Below, piece by piece: positions 62,201 to 64,000 of a stretch of 64,000 bases of DNA. The stretch lies in contig CM022669.1 of assembly GCA_012295275.1 (NCBI GenBank), positions 8,680,001-8,744,000 on the forward strand. Reading direction: 5' to 3'. Origin of the DNA: Chrysomallon squamiferum. Its lineage: Eukaryota; Animalia; Mollusca. The position numbers and the translations under genes are program-made. Within the stretch, counting starts at the first letter, position 1, and every line of letters starts with the position of its first letter. Under the pieces are notes generated by a model. It was not told where the DNA came from and made no database searches. It saw nothing but the letters and a program-made list of their open reading frames with translations.

Positions 62201-63941
62201 TGGTTTTACAAGTTCATTATGCACGACCATTTGAAAGTAAGTCAGTTATTTAATCTTTCTTTTTTGTTTTTAACTCAGAAAAGAACTTGTCATTCGTAAA
62301 CTTAATCCTGTTAACTGTTTTATCATTTGTACTGTTTAAACATTGCTCTTTTACTGCTGCAGAAATGTTAAAACAAAATGTAATTATGATTGATAGTAAA
62401 GTAATTATGATTAGGTAGTAACTGACTGGTAGACAGACAGTAAAAATATAGTTAGAAAGCTTAAACTGACAGACATGTATGCAGATGGATATCTGTGTTT
62501 GTAACTGAGATCATCATAGATGTCTCTGTGAGTTTGTTTATTTAAAAACATGTTTTGAGTATGTTTTCCTGTTTTCTTAACAGCCGAATATCAATATGAA
62601 ATATATTTTTTTATTATTTCAGAAACATCACCCAAAGATCATTCAGGTATTAAGATCTACCTTACAGAAGAAAAGTGAGTCAAATTTATTTATTTATTTA
62701 TTTATTTATATTTAAATAGTTAAAAAAACAATTTTCTGTATTCTGTTGAAGTAGTGCTTGCATCAATAAACAAGTTTCTCAGTATAAATAATTGTGAAGT
62801 CTGTTAACAAACATCAGTTAAACAACACTGAATTAACAATTAAAATAATACCTTTCTGATAAGTAATAACATGGTTTGTTTATAACTAATTATACATACA
62901 TTCTGATTTTGCTTTTTGTGTTTTTCCAGACAGCAGTATGTGGCAGGAATTTTCCTGTTACTTGCCTACCAAGTGACGATTCCTCCCAACACACCAAGTA
63001 AGTAACACACTTTCATTATTACATGTCACTGTTTCTTTTTCTGCATATCGGTTGTCATTAATAAAAATCACAAAAAAAATAAATTACCTAATTCACTTTA
63101 TGTACTCATAACTAGTTTTTCTAAAACGCTAATTATATATATATTTTTTCATATAATAGTTATTTCTAAATAATAACATTACTGACCATAAAATAATTCA
63201 ATTTACGTAAGATCTTAACCAGATATTTCATTCTATTTTGTTTTGTTTTGTTGCTGCTTCTGTTGCTATTTTTATTTGTTCTGTTGGATGTTGAAAAGAA
63301 ATATACGGTGCATATGTTTCAATATTTCAGTGGTACATGCAGACATAAGCTGTGTTTACCATGGAGAGAAAGCAATCTATCCATTTGCCTACAGAACACA
63401 TGCTCATGGACTAGGTATGTTATATTAATATCTGATATGAGAAATGTGACTGTTCTTTATAGAAAGCTACAAATCACTGTTTACTAGTTAGCTGTTTTAA
63501 TAGTTTTTGTCAGAGCTGCTTTCAGTTTCCATGAATATATAATTAAAGAATTTAATCTGAAATATGAGAAATATATTTATGGTTTATCTAAATCAAATTT
63601 TGTCAGGTAAAAAGAAATTAAAGTGTTTGTTTTAGGTCGAGTGATCACAGGATATCAGTATAACAACAGCTGGCATGAAATAGGGAAAGGAAATCCTCAG
63701 TGGCCACAGGTAAATTATTAATCCTTTTAATTTGGATTTTTCTGATAATGTTTTGATATGAAACAGTTTAAAGTGACAAACATTAGCTATATGTATATAC
63801 TTATTCAGTCTGAATTTGTTGAAACAATATTACATGCAACTGCTGTGGTATTTGTATTATATTTTATTAATAAGATATTTATACTTTTAGGCTTTCTACC
63901 CAGTTCATGACAAGATAGCTGTGCAACCTGGAGATACACTG
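47894..63941 (+). CDS. PAM: Peptidylglycine alpha-amidating monooxygenase with >=3 tandem PHM (copper type II ascorbate-dependent monooxygenase) domains; continues past the right edge
   Basis: Signal-peptide exon 47894-48028 (MDRIWVLSLILALYPSSLTC...), followed by three repeats of the same exon set. Each carries the PHM signatures DxYLC, HH, LFAWAKNAP, VGFR..G, LQVHY, FAYRTHAH, GKGNPQWPQAFYPV, VARC.FN and DEMCN.YIMFY (the last two lie outside the window for module 3). No PAL domain is visible within the window. Confidence 0.95.
49412..55062 (+). CDS. PAM: PAM PHM module 1 plus linker exon
   Basis: Exons 49412-49466, 50923-51013, 51156-51244, 51819-51896, 52120-52171, 52575-52642, 52894-52977, 53238-53311, 53856-53906, 54295-54347, 54650-54855; linker 55004-55062. 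CuH ligands (AHH, QVHY) and CuM ligands (RTHAH, EMCN) are present. Confidence 0.93.
49457..49600 (+). repeat. 23-bp tandem repeat spanning a PAM exon donor
   Basis: CATTACATAG|GTATGTATATTAG and ~5 further variants; the first copy contains the real donor at 49466. Confidence 0.88.
55301..60723 (+). CDS. PAM: PAM PHM module 2 plus linker exon
   Basis: Exons 55301-55355, 55568-55658, 56070-56155, 56434-56511, 56779-56830, 57160-57227, 57483-57566, 57939-58012, 58319-58369, 58670-58722, 59063-59268 (alternative ends 59565 or 59649); linker 60668-60723. All copper ligands are present. Confidence 0.93.
60991..63941 (+). CDS. PAM: PAM PHM module 3 (incomplete, truncated by window end)
   Basis: Exons 60991-61045, 61398-61488, 61742-61830, 62159-62236, 62623-62674, 62930-62997, 63331-63414, 63636-63709, 63891-63941. 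Lengths (55,91,89,78,52,68,84,74,51) and phases are the same as in module 1. Confidence 0.93.
61125..61410 (+). repeat. ~71-bp tandem repeat spanning a PAM exon acceptor
   Basis: TTTTGTAG|TTAAATTTGAG... recurs about 4 times upstream of the true acceptor at 61397 (TTTTGTAG|TGAAGTTTGAG). Confidence 0.88.
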
Positions 63942-64000
63942 GTTTGTGATGTTCTTTCTAAACTAAAACAGAATATATTTTTTTAATAATATAAATATGT

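Overview
AT-rich, microsatellite- and minisatellite-laden animal genomic DNA, most plausibly molluscan. That assignment is inferred from the multi-PHM PAM gene and was not checked by any search. Three intron-containing genes can be spliced by hand with GT-AG boundaries and continuous frames. (1) Minus strand: the 5' part of a natriuretic-peptide-receptor / receptor guanylyl cyclase-type gene (259-7569, runs off the left edge). (2) Plus strand: an apparently complete atypical calpain of about 526 aa, with an N-terminal MGCSAS acylation motif, intact Cys/His/Asn triad, CBSW domain and no penta-EF-hand (16770-~38499). (3) Plus strand: a peptidylglycine alpha-amidating monooxygenase with at least three tandem PHM modules that share one exon architecture (47894 to beyond the right edge). 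There are five main highlights. One PHM exon is nucleotide-identical between otherwise strongly diverged modules. An optional in-frame linker carrying an RTKR furin site lies between PHM2 and PHM3 and is set by three same-phase donors. A 15-copy array amplifies the 3' end and splice donor of the first calpain coding exon. RFX X-box-like motifs recur across the calpain locus. A sharp CpG-rich to CpG-poor boundary falls at the PAM 5' end. All calls were made by eye, with no database searches or alignments run.
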